Source: an uncultured Desulfospira sp. (GTDB lineage Bacteria; Desulfobacterota; Desulfobacteria; Desulfobacterales; Desulfobacteraceae). From it: DNA of 64,000 nt. A program made the position numbers and the translations under genes. Below are positions 37,987 to 47,425 of this stretch, in pieces. The stretch spans positions 1,152,001 to 1,216,000 of the forward strand of contig OY760175.1 of assembly GCA_963663165.1 (NCBI GenBank), in the 5' to 3' direction. Positions within the stretch are counted from its first letter, which is position 1; the number at the start of each line of letters is the position of its first letter. Below the pieces are notes generated by a model. That model worked only from the letters and a program-made list of their open reading frames with translations, made no database searches and was not told the DNA's origin.

Positions 37987-39414
37987 ATGATCGGTCCTGT
38001 GTTTTTTTTCATCCCCCTTGTATTTATCATTTTCCTTTGGCTCTGGTTCCGGTCAAAGACCGCATGGAAAAAGCCGCGCCGGCCAAATGAAACGGTTGTG
38101 GCGTTTTTCCATCCCAATGCCCTGTGCGGCGGCGGGGGAGAACGGGTCCTGTGGATGATGATCCATGCGCTGCAAAAAAGGGATCAGGCAAACGCGGTCC
38201 GGTACGTGATCTATCTGAGTGGGCCGGCCCCAGTGTCATTTTTTGAAGCATCCCGGAAAATCAAATCCCAGTTTAACATCCAACTGAAGGACCCTGTAGA
38301 ATTTATCCCGGTTAAGAAATCACACTTGATTGACGGGGACAGATACCGCCGTTTTACAATGATCCGCCAGGCCATCGGCTCCATCCGGCTGGCCTTTGAA
38401 TGCCTGACCCGGCTTTGCCCCGATTATTACGTGGACACCACCGGGTTTGCCTTTTGCTATCCCCTTGCCCGGCTGGCCGGCTGCAAGGTCATGACATACA
38501 CCCACTACCCGGCCATCAGCGCCGACATGGTATCTGTTGTCCGCGCTAAAACCAACGCCCACAATAACCAGGCCGTCATCGCGCAAAGCCAATGGCTGAC
38601 CGGAATTAAAATATTCTACTATGGTGTGTTTTCTCTTGTATACGGTCTTTGCGGGAAATGCGCCCACCGGGTCATGGTAAACTCCTCGTGGACATGGTCC
38701 CATATTCAGGCCATCTGGTCTCCAAAGGATATTCATATTGTGTTTCCCCCGGCGCCGGTTGAGCATTTAATGAACCTGCCCCTGGGCCCGCGGCAGAACC
38801 AGATTATCTCAGTGGCCCAATTTCGTCCTGAAAAACGGCACGATTTTCAGATCCGTGTGTTTGCCAACGTATTAGAAAGGTGCCGGAAGGAACGTATTAA
38901 GGAAGAACCCCGGTTGGTTCTCGTGGGCGGGTGCCGCAACAAAGCCGATGAGCAATACGTCAGGGACTTGAAAGAACTGGCCCGGCAGTTAGGGGTCCAA
39001 AGCCATGTCGTATTTGCCCCCAACGCGCCATACGAAAAACTGACAGCGTATTTAGGGTCGTCCAAAATTGGCCTGCACGCCATGTGGAACGAACACTTCG
39101 GCATTGGTGTGGTGGAGTACATGGCCGCAGGCTGCATTGCCGTGGCTCACAAAAGCGGCGGGCCTGCACTGGATATCCTTGTCCCGGCCCATGACGGGCC
39201 AAGGGGGTTCCTTGCCGATTCCATGGAGACCTATGTTGCCGCACTGTGCCATATTCTGCTTGGGGAACGGCCCGAAAAGGACCTTGAAAACATACGAATC
39301 CGAGGCCGTAAGCAGTGTCAGAAATTTTCCAACGACATATTTATCAAAAAAATACAGCGACTGATGGTCTTTACCGGCACATCTTTGTGTTTATTCTGGC
39401 CAGCGCCATTTTAG
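37987..39414 (+). CDS. ALG11-like GT4 mannosyltransferase with N-terminal membrane anchor
   Basis: AFFHP..GGGGERVLW, HYPAISADM, VMVNSSWT, QFRPEK, GGCRNKAD, GLHAMWNEHFGIGVVEYMAAG, HKSGGP occur in the same order as in eukaryotic ALG11. Confidence 0.88.
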   Translation: MIGPVFFFIPLVFIIFLWLWFRSKTAWKKPRRPNETVVAFFHPNALCGGGGERVLWMMIHALQKRDQANAVRYVIYLSGPAPVSFFEASRKIKSQFNIQLKDPVEFIPVKKSHLIDGDRYRRFTMIRQAIGSIRLAFECLTRLCPDYYVDTTGFAFCYPLARLAGCKVMTYTHYPAISADMVSVVRAKTNAHNNQAVIAQSQWLTGIKIFYYGVFSLVYGLCGKCAHRVMVNSSWTWSHIQAIWSPKDIHIVFPPAPVEHLMNLPLGPRQNQIISVAQFRPEKRHDFQIRVFANVLERCRKERIKEEPRLVLVGGCRNKADEQYVRDLKELARQLGVQSHVVFAPNAPYEKLTAYLGSSKIGLHAMWNEHFGIGVVEYMAAGCIAVAHKSGGPALDILVPAHDGPRGFLADSMETYVAALCHILLGERPEKDLENIRIRGRKQCQKFSNDIFIKKIQRLMVFTGTSLCLFWPAPF

Positions 39415-39478
39415 CGGCCATGGGGCTGGACATGATGACCGCCTTTGGGGCTGCAGCATCCTGCATCGGCAATATCGG
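39379..39478 (+). repeat. 100-bp duplicate of the trkH segment 26870-26969
   Basis: Direct alignment with 6 mismatches; encodes FILASAILAAMGLDMMTAFGAAASCIGNIG. Confidence 0.92.
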
Positions 39479-39506
39479 GGGGCCCTTTTCAAATGATCCG
39501 GGGAAC

Positions 39507-40760
39507 CTACTTGATTCTTTGGATATCCGCACCCAGTTGTGAAAACTTCTTTTCAATGGCCTCGTACCCCCGGTCCATGTGGTACACCCGGGAGATCACC
39601 GTGGTGCCCCGGGCCATAAGGCCTGCGATGACCAGGGAGGCCGAGGCCCGAAGATCCGATGCCATGACCGGCGCCCCCTGAAGGGACTTAACCCCCCGGA
39701 CCATGGCGTAATTGCCGCTGGACACGGTGATTCTGGCCCCCAAGCGAATCAGTTCATTGGCATGAATGAAGCGGTTTTCAAAAATCGACTCATGAATAAC
39801 GGAATCCCCTTTGGCCACCGAGAGCATGGCCATGAACTGGGCCTGCATGTCCGTTGGAAACCCGGGGTATGGCAGGGTTTTGATGTCCACGCTTTTAATG
39901 GTTTCCTGCCCCTTTACCCGGATACGGTCCTGGCCGGTTTCTATCAGGGCACCAGTCCCTTTTAACTTGCTGATCACCCCGCCGATATGGTCCGGACAGC
40001 AGCCCTCAATGGTGACATCCCCGCCGGTTGCCGCCGCCGCCACCATAAAGGTGCCGGTTTCAATCCGGTCAGGAATGACATTGACCGTTGCCGGATGAAG
40101 GGCGTCCACCCCTTCGATCTCAATGATGGCGGTCCCGGCCCCGGACACCTTAGCCCCCATCTGGTTCAATGCATCGGCCAGACAGACAATTTCAGGCTCT
40201 CTGGCCGCATTCCTGATCACGGACCGCCCCCTGGCCAGCACTGCGGCCATCATCAGGTTTTCTGTCCCGGTTACCGTCGGGGTATCAAAGTAAATGTCCC
40301 CCCCGGTGAGCCGGTCGGCCTTGGCCTCAATATACCCGTGATCAATGGAAATCTTTGCCCCTAAAGATTCAAGCCCGGAAAGATGCATATTCACCGGTCT
40401 TGCCCCAATGGCGCACCCGCCGGGCATGGAGACCTTGGCATGGCCGAACCGGGCTGTCAGAGGACCTAACACCAGAATAGAGGCCCTCATTTTTCTGACC
40501 AGGTCATATTCGGCCTCAATCTTGTTGATGCCGGAACCGTCTACGGTGAACACATGATCTTCAAAGGTACACCGGGCACCTAAATCTTCAAGCAGAAGCC
40601 GGATGCTTTTGATATCCATCAGGTCCGGAACATTGTAAAAAGTGGTGGTGCCGTTGACCAGAATTCCTGAAGCAATCAGGGGAAGGGCCGCATTTTTAGC
40701 CCCGCTGATCTTGACCGTCCCGTGAAGTTTTCTGCCGCCATTTATCTGTATTTTATCCAT
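39507..40760 (-). CDS. murA: UDP-N-acetylglucosamine 1-carboxyvinyltransferase
   Basis: [39 protein letters not shown]. Confidence 0.97.
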   Translation of the reverse strand: MDKIQINGGRKLHGTVKISGAKNAALPLIASGILVNGTTTFYNVPDLMDIKSIRLLLEDLGARCTFEDHVFTVDGSGINKIEAEYDLVRKMRASILVLGPLTARFGHAKVSMPGGCAIGARPVNMHLSGLESLGAKISIDHGYIEAKADRLTGGDIYFDTPTVTGTENLMMAAVLARGRSVIRNAAREPEIVCLADALNQMGAKVSGAGTAIIEIEGVDALHPATVNVIPDRIETGTFMVAAAATGGDVTIEGCCPDHIGGVISKLKGTGALIETGQDRIRVKGQETIKSVDIKTLPYPGFPTDMQAQFMAMLSVAKGDSVIHESIFENRFIHANELIRLGARITVSSGNYAMVRGVKSLQGAPVMASDLRASASLVIAGLMARGTTVISRVYHMDRGYEAIEKKFSQLGADIQRIK

Positions 40761-40788
40761 AAGCTCCGGTTGAAACAATTTCCTTAAC

Positions 40789-41034
40789 TAACGGTCACGG
40801 GCCGTCTTGGTTATCCAACCAAGCACCGCCCACAACGAATAATGAAACTGAAGATACCAGCAACGGTAGACTATAAATTGGGCACCGCAGGTGCTTCGCC
40901 CTCTTGTCTCTTGTTTCTTGTTTCTTGTCTCCAGTTTCTTATAAACGGCCACGGGCCGCCCTGGTTGTCCAACCAAGAACCGCCCACAACAAATAATGAA
41001 AGTCTTCTCAAGATGTTAGTGAGACTTTCATATA
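40789..41034 (-). repeat. Dispersed repeat copies 4 (partial, 40789-40847) and 5 (40944-41034) flanking a TCTTG(T/C)-heptamer element (40872-40940)
   Basis: Both are reverse complements of copy 1/2; the central element is homologous to 44031-44086. Confidence 0.85.
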
Positions 41035-41182
41035 AAAAATATCAAACCATTTTTCTTGCCCTGCAACTTAGGGGATATGGACCATTTTTTCCAGAAAAAA
41101 ATTATTTTTACCCTTCATGCATTGATTTCCCCATCCTCCCCCGAAAGAATAAAGGCTCAGCCATGCCGGTCACCGGCGTTTA

Positions 41183-42802
41183 TCATGCCTCAGACGGTTC
41201 CGGGTCAGATGCCGATGGCACAGCCGGGTAGAGCGGGTTCCATTGCCCTGAAACATGAATCAGGTAATGCTCTGTGGGAAGCTGCTCCAAAAACGGCGGA
41301 TCTCCCAGCCAGCGGCGGTGTTGCTGCCAGGCGGCCACTTCCAGGGCCCCCCTTGGGCTGCGCAGGGAACCATCAGATGCGATCTCGCTGAACTTTAAAC
41401 GGTGGCTTCTGACGGGGAGATCCCCTTTCCGGAGTATTTCCAGCCGGCCGTGAACGTGAAGACCGTATTTTTCAGCGTTTCTGGCAAAATGGGTTTGTTC
41501 AAACAGGACAAAGGCGCTGGCGGTCAGACTGTTCAGGCAGTCATAGGCCCCCTGGATGAACTCAAACGTCTTTTCAAGGTCATGGTCTGTGCTGGTGGGC
41601 AGGCCAAAAATCATCAGGCCCATATTTGAAATCCCGGCCAGGCTGCCCGCCTCCAGGACCTTTTGAATATCCGGCACCACCGTTCCCTTGTTCACCAGAT
41701 CCAGCAGGCGCTGGGACCCGGTCTCAATCCCCCACCCGATCCACCGGCACCCGGCAGCTGACCAGAGAGCCATGCGGCCGGGGGTGCAGTCCCGGGTGGG
41801 GCGGCCCAGAATATGAAGGTTCACCGACAGCCCCCGGGCCAGAATCGCCTCACAGATGGCATCCATGTCTTCTGGCTGAATAAACTCGTCTGCCGAATAA
41901 AAATAGCGAACCCCCAGGGTCCGGGCATAGGTTTCAATTTCAGAAACAAAGGCCTGGGCATTTTTTTTCCGGAACCCCCCAAAGGAAAAATTATGGGAGC
42001 AGAACCGGCAGCGCCGCCAGGCACAGCCTCTGGAAAAAAGAACCGGCAGAACCGGTTCCGGGTTGAAGTATGCCTCCAGGGGAAGCCTTGAAAAATCGGG
42101 TGGCGGCAACGCTTCCAAGGAAGGGGCTGACCTGGAATTGACCTGAATCCCCCAGCCGGATCTGTACACCAGGCCGGGGACCCTGGAAAAGTCCGTTTTC
42201 CGGCAAAGGGCTGCCAGAGCGCCCTCCCCTTCCCCCTTTACGATACCGTCAATTTCCGGTACAGCGGTGAGCAGGTCTTTTACAGACAGGGCAGACATCA
42301 TGGCCCCGCCCATCACCAGGCAAGCCTTCCGGCCTGTGCCGGCCATGGCCTGATTTACTGACACGGCCAGGGCGGCGGCAAAGGGCACCTGTTCAGGGAA
42401 CAGAACCGAAACCCCGATCAGCTCGGGGTCAAAGGACAGAACCTGTTCGGTCATGGCCCCCAGCAAGGAGATGAATTTGGGGTCAGATGATCCGGCAGCG
42501 ACAAAATTTTTGGCCTGTTCCACCAGCCCGGCCATGGCCTGCCTGATCCGGTTCCAGGCTGTTTTGTGGAAAAGGGTAAGGCCGGGGTCCAGAAAATTCC
42601 CCTGCAGGCCCCGGACAAAGGCCATAAGGTCCTGACCGCCAGGGTCTTCACCTGCAGCTCTGATCCAGGCTGCGATATTCAGATCCACCAGGCGCACAGC
42701 CGTTCCGGGAACGGCCCATTCAACAAAAGGGGCCAGCGATGCAATCCCTAACGGCACATAGGTTGCCCCGGCCCCGGGCGGAAAAACAAGAACCACTCTC
42801 AA
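41183..42802 (-). CDS. B12-binding domain radical SAM protein
   Basis: PLGIASL, GEGE, SRGCAWRRCRFC, GIETGSQRLL. Confidence 0.85.
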   Translation of the reverse strand: MRVVLVFPPGAGATYVPLGIASLAPFVEWAVPGTAVRLVDLNIAAWIRAAGEDPGGQDLMAFVRGLQGNFLDPGLTLFHKTAWNRIRQAMAGLVEQAKNFVAAGSSDPKFISLLGAMTEQVLSFDPELIGVSVLFPEQVPFAAALAVSVNQAMAGTGRKACLVMGGAMMSALSVKDLLTAVPEIDGIVKGEGEGALAALCRKTDFSRVPGLVYRSGWGIQVNSRSAPSLEALPPPDFSRLPLEAYFNPEPVLPVLFSRGCAWRRCRFCSHNFSFGGFRKKNAQAFVSEIETYARTLGVRYFYSADEFIQPEDMDAICEAILARGLSVNLHILGRPTRDCTPGRMALWSAAGCRWIGWGIETGSQRLLDLVNKGTVVPDIQKVLEAGSLAGISNMGLMIFGLPTSTDHDLEKTFEFIQGAYDCLNSLTASAFVLFEQTHFARNAEKYGLHVHGRLEILRKGDLPVRSHRLKFSEIASDGSLRSPRGALEVAAWQQHRRWLGDPPFLEQLPTEHYLIHVSGQWNPLYPAVPSASDPEPSEA

Positions 42803-43110
42803 TATCTTTATCTCCAGTTAATCCAGACGGTTACCATTTTCAAACAAAAATGGGCGATAACCTCTATCACCATTTTCAAGCTTGGGCAAGTTGAAAATCC
42901 ACTTTAATATCCGGCCCGGGTTGAAATTGAAAAAAACTGTTTAGCACATCGTTTTATGGGTGAACTTGAATCGTCCTCATTCAAAACGGCAGAACAGTTA
43001 AACCAGGGGATTTAACATGTTAAACGCCTTTTATTTCAGAACGGTTTACATGGTCTTTGAAAACAGTCTAAAATAGAGATAAACAATCTGTGAAAAGCAA
43101 AGAGGTTATT

Positions 43111-43602
43111 ATGGAGAGACGTTTCGGTCCTGAATATGCGTCCCTGGAAGATCCATCATTTATTCCCAAATACAAGGCCGCCTGTTTCTGCGGTGCCGTT
43201 CAATATGAGGTCAACGCCGACCCGGTGGATGCCAAGATTTGCCATTGCCTGACCTGCCAGAGGCTGCACGGTGCCCCGATGCAGTGGGCGGCCATTTTCC
43301 ACAAGCGTCATGTGAGATTTACCGCCGGTTTGGAGACCCTGGTGTTTTATAACAGCGAGCAGGACAGGCCGGAGCGCATTCTCCCCTGCAAGGTTCGCTG
43401 CGGCCGGTGCGGCACACCCATTGCCGATGAAGGACGCAGGATGTGGCTGGCGTTCCCGGAATTGTTTGATTTCGGATATCCTGTAAAAATACCGGCCCCA
43501 TTTAAACCAACCTGCCATATTCTATACGGCACGAGGGTCATAGAGCCTCAGGACCATCTGCCCAGGTGGTCCGGACACAAAAACCATTCCACACTGATGT
43601 GA
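43111..43602 (+). CDS. GFA (glutathione-dependent formaldehyde-activating/CENP-V) family protein
   Basis: CFCGAV, CHCLTCQR, CGRCGT zinc ligands. Confidence 0.88.
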   Translation: MERRFGPEYASLEDPSFIPKYKAACFCGAVQYEVNADPVDAKICHCLTCQRLHGAPMQWAAIFHKRHVRFTAGLETLVFYNSEQDRPERILPCKVRCGRCGTPIADEGRRMWLAFPELFDFGYPVKIPAPFKPTCHILYGTRVIEPQDHLPRWSGHKNHSTLM

Positions 43603-43669
43603 CCATGCCGTTCATTGGAAGACCGTGTTTTGTGAATTCAGAATCTTTCATTACGGCCTGTTTGGGGCC

Positions 43670-43849
43670 TTATCCACTGGAAATAATATACGTTCCATCC
43701 AGCCGTTTCCACATATCCTCCAATTTCTGGTCAAGATCAGACACGGCCAGCTCATATTCTTCCGGTGTTATTTTTCCGGCGTTCAGTTTGGTCTGAATCA
43801 TGAAAAGTTCATCATCATACCATTTATCAGGATCAAAATTATAGGTCAT
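43670..43849 (-). CDS. Small hypothetical protein (59 aa), missing from the ORF track
   Basis: MTYNFDPDKWYDDELFMIQTKLNAGKITPEEYELAVSDLDQKLEDMWKRLDGTYIISSG*. Confidence 0.6.
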   Translation of the reverse strand: MTYNFDPDKWYDDELFMIQTKLNAGKITPEEYELAVSDLDQKLEDMWKRLDGTYIISSG

Positions 43850-44004
43850 GGCTTAATTGGGGTAAAGGGTTCGCTGCCTCTTCCGGCGTCAAAAAGAATC
43901 TGAGAGATATTAAAAAACCATGAGATCTCCAATTTTCAAATTCGACATCGCTGCTTACTGATTTTTATATCAAGACATGGATCAAAATTCAATCAATGTC
44001 ACTC

Positions 44005-44128
44005 CAATGTCATTAACTTAAGCGTTAATACAAGAAACTGGAAACAAGAGACAAGAGGGTGAAGCACCGTTGGCGCCCATTTTATACCCCCTGCGCGCTA
44101 TGCCAAATTTCTTAAGTTAATGGCATTG
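44005..44128. mobile_element. 124-bp MITE with IS4-like 18-bp terminal inverted repeats
   Basis: caatgtcattaacttaag / cttaagttaatggcattg (1 mismatch); flanks aatgtcactc / actgtcactc resemble a 10-bp target duplication. Confidence 0.75.
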
Positions 44129-44214
44129 ACTGTCACTCTTTTCATCATGGTCGTCCCGTCCTTTTCTCGCCCCGCCATACAACGATGATCCAGGGGCAAA
44201 ACCTTGGGGCTGCT

Positions 44215-44331
44215 GCTGCGACACCAGGGGCAGCCTTAAAAAACCGCCACAGACCCTTTGGGCAACACCACTGAATACGAATATGACGATGCCGGCAGGC
44301 GAAACAAAATCCGTTACTTTGCATCTTCAAC
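44215..44331 (+). pseudogene. RHS/YD-repeat gene remnant
   Basis: From 44249 translates TDPLGNTTEYEYDDAGRRNKIRYF; upstream DTRGSLK is in a shifted frame. Confidence 0.6.
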
Positions 44332-44459
44332 GGGTGCAATCCCATTTAGTGGCATGAACTGACATGTATCCAATTTTTCCGTTTTTCATGCTGCATTGAA
44401 TACTCTGCCCTCCCAAAAAAAGCTGGACTCCTGGCTCATGAAAGGTTATATAGATTTGC

Positions 44460-45332
44460 ATGAGCAGGACTTTAACCATTCAAGGACGTGAATTTTCAGA
44501 AGTTGATATACAAACGATACGCCATTTGATTAACGACAATCCCGCCTGGCACCGCACTCGTTTATCCAAAGAATTGTGTGCTCGCTGGGATTGGCGCACG
44601 GAAAAAGGTCTGCTCAAGGACATGGCCTGTCGAAGCATGCTGAGAAAACTTGAGCAAAAAGGGATGGTCACACTTCCCGTTGCCCGTCATAGCGGTAACC
44701 GTCAGCGGCGTATTCCCGATGTCCCCCATGATTGTAAGCCGATAGAAACCACTTTGCGTAAGATCCGCCCGATACAATTGATACCGGTATCGGGCCGTGG
44801 AGATATTGATGATTTATTCCATTGCCTTATGGATCGATATCATTACCTTGGGTGTAAAGGGTATGTCGGAGAACATATGAAGTATATGGCTTTTGATCGC
44901 AATTCTCGTCCGGTTGCCTGCCTGCTTTTTGGCTCAGCAGCATGGAAAACGGCCCCTCGTGACCGATTCATCGGTTGGGATAGGTCGGCTCGTCGCAGGA
45001 ACCTGCATATGACGACCAACAATACCCGATTTTTGATTTTGCCATGGATTCGAATTCCCCATCTTGCCAGTCATATTCTGGGTTCATGTCTTAGGCGGCT
45101 GAGCCGGGACTGGACAGCTAAATATGGTCACGATATCTGTCTGGTAGAAACTTTCGTGGATCGATCACGCTTTGCCGGAACTTGCTACCAGGCGGCAAAT
45201 TGGCAAAAAATTGGTCAAAGCAAAGGGCGAAGCCGTCAAGACAGGCACCACAGACTTCAGGTGCCGATAAAAGACATCTATGTATACCCGTTGACTTCCA
45301 ATTATAAAAAGCAGCTATGCACACAAACTTGA
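44460..45332 (+). CDS. DUF4338 (DruA-like) protein, IS-associated
   Basis: LKDMACRSMLRKLE, YHYLG, RDRFIGW, NNTRFLILPW, ETFVD, GTCYQAANW. Confidence 0.85.
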   Translation: MSRTLTIQGREFSEVDIQTIRHLINDNPAWHRTRLSKELCARWDWRTEKGLLKDMACRSMLRKLEQKGMVTLPVARHSGNRQRRIPDVPHDCKPIETTLRKIRPIQLIPVSGRGDIDDLFHCLMDRYHYLGCKGYVGEHMKYMAFDRNSRPVACLLFGSAAWKTAPRDRFIGWDRSARRRNLHMTTNNTRFLILPWIRIPHLASHILGSCLRRLSRDWTAKYGHDICLVETFVDRSRFAGTCYQAANWQKIGQSKGRSRQDRHHRLQVPIKDIYVYPLTSNYKKQLCTQT

Positions 45333-45389
45333 GGGTTTCAGTCATCGAAATGACAGGTAATTTTTCAACCTGCAATTCGAGGACTGATC

Positions 45390-46277
45390 ATGAAACTTGC
45401 TTCCACTATAAGGGATATTCGAACCCTTCTAACAAAAGCCGTAGCTGATTTCCAAAACCATCAAAATGCTAATATCCTGTGTGAGCAGGTACGGAACGGC
45501 CTCTTCATTATTGTGGAAGCATTTCTGGTTCCCGTCATTGAAAAGGCACTGTCTGACCCGGATCTTTTATCTGAACTGAAAATTGGTGCCGGTAAAAAGG
45601 GACTGCGTTTCAACGGATACCGCCCCAGCAGCATTCGATTATTGACAGGAACTACCCTGAGCATCCGATCCCCTTACTTTTCAAAAGTTGTTTCCAAACA
45701 ACGGCCAGGCCCTAAAACAAAAAAACGACAAAAGGGGACAGGCCGCCATTTTGGGCTTGATTACCTTGGTTTTATCGGCAGGTGTTCAACGCTGTTCGCT
45801 TCGTCGGTGGTCCATGCAGCATTGCTTTGCCCCTCTTTTGAAATTGCCCGAAGATCCCTGGAAAACCATGCAATCAACTTAAATGTCAAAACCATACGCC
45901 GCATAACAATGAATCTTGCACAGGAAGCTATGCCCCTGCGTGGCCGGGTATCTTTTGGAGATACTGATCGCGTTGGTGGCAAAACGGTTCTGGTTTGTAT
46001 CGACGGCGGTCGCCTTCGAGAGCGGAGGCCAAAACGGGGACGTAAATCAAAAGGCCAAAAGCGGCAGGGATATCATGCTGAATGGAAAGAACCCATTCAG
46101 TTTGTCATACATATTGTCGATCCGGACGGCACAATATCCAAAAAACACTTGCCGGTTTATGATGCCACAATGGGCGGTATTGATGCCGCTTTTGATATTC
46201 TTGAGATCTACTTGCGTGAATTAGATATTCCCAAAGCCAAGCGTGTTGTTTTCTGCTGTGACGGTGCACGTAGATAG
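45390..46277 (+). pseudogene. Truncated DDE transposase (ISKra4/ISLre2-like)
   Basis: VCIDGGRLR...WKEP...FCCDGA, then a stop at the boundary of another IS end. Confidence 0.7.
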
Positions 46278-47425
46278 TGCCTGACCGGAAACCCCGATTT
46301 TGAAATTTTCAGGGGGTCGATGTTTGAAAAAACCTTAAATCTTTGTTGTTCCTGTCATCACAAACCGGGAGAAATGCTTCCATCTCTGCCGGTTTTCGGC
46401 AACTTTCTCCTTTTCCGGACGCAACTGTAGTGTTTGCCGTGTTTTTTTTAAGCAATGGCCTGTTTTAAGCTGCTTTGCGCTGTTCAGACCCTTGCAGCTT
46501 TTTTAATCCCTTTTGTTGTATGTGATGCCCGATGATCTGGAGATTTCTTGCCAAAACCGACAGGCTCACATACCTCTTAAACCCTTGAATGCCATGATCC
46601 GGGCATCTGTCAAGACCATGATTTTCCAGTCCGTTTATGGCAGATTCCACCGCTGAATGTTTTCTTTTAAAACGAATGAAATCTTCCGCTGTTTCTTCTT
46701 CATATTCCGCCTTGTTGCATCTGCCTTTTTTCGGAAGCACCAAAATATCCAATCTGCCCTTCAGGTCCTTTTTGTTGCCTGGAGAGTAAAACCCTTTATC
46801 AAAACTGCATCCTTTGAGATCAGAAAATTTGCTTTGTGCCAATGTTACCATCGCAACGGCGACTTTATCATCGGCTTCTTTCTCCATCACCCGGTGGTGC
46901 AGGATAAAGCCATATTGGTCCTCCAGGATACATACCCGCAAGCCCAATTCCTGGGGAACACCGGCCTTGCCTTTTGAAATCCACTCCGTGTGGGGTTCGA
47001 AAATCGAAAAAATCTTGTCTTCATGGGGGATCTTTTCATCCTGTAACACCCGGCGTTTGATCAAATCAATTTGCCAAAGTGCGTAGTTGATATATGTTTG
47101 TAATTCTTCAGCTCGGGCTGCACATATAATATCGGATGCCGGTATCATTTCCACGGTCAATCGCGCCTTTTGAATATATTTTTCAGCAAGCTTGATATAT
47201 GCTGTATGGGCATCCATAATTTGCTGGACTCTTTTGGCCTTTTTCTTTTCATCCTTTGATGTGGAATGTTTCAAACGCTGGACTATTCGATAAAGCTTTT
47301 TAAATGCTTTAATATTATACGCTGATTGCCGCCACATACTCGTTCCAATGTCCTGGCTGATAATAGCGGCAATTTGAATCATTTTTCGGACTGCATCAAA
47401 AAGCAGGTTGATATCTGTGGGATCT
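46277..47425 (-). mobile_element. Right half of an IS (ISNCY/IS5-like): transposase C-terminal ~320 aa plus right end
   Basis: PTDINLLFDA, KIFSIFEPHTEWISKGK, FDKGFYS, HSAVESAINGLE; putative end gtgcctgaccggaaac. Confidence 0.75.

Noticed and set aside
26870..39478. trkH duplicate as a DGR template/variable repeat pair
   Set aside because: Mismatches are not adenine-specific and there is no DGR RT or accessory gene
16203..41034. Dispersed or heptamer repeats as a CRISPR array
   Set aside because: No regular repeat-spacer periodicity and no cas genes
44460..45332. Druantia defence system
   Set aside because: Only a DUF4338 gene next to a transposase; no DruE helicase or other dru genes
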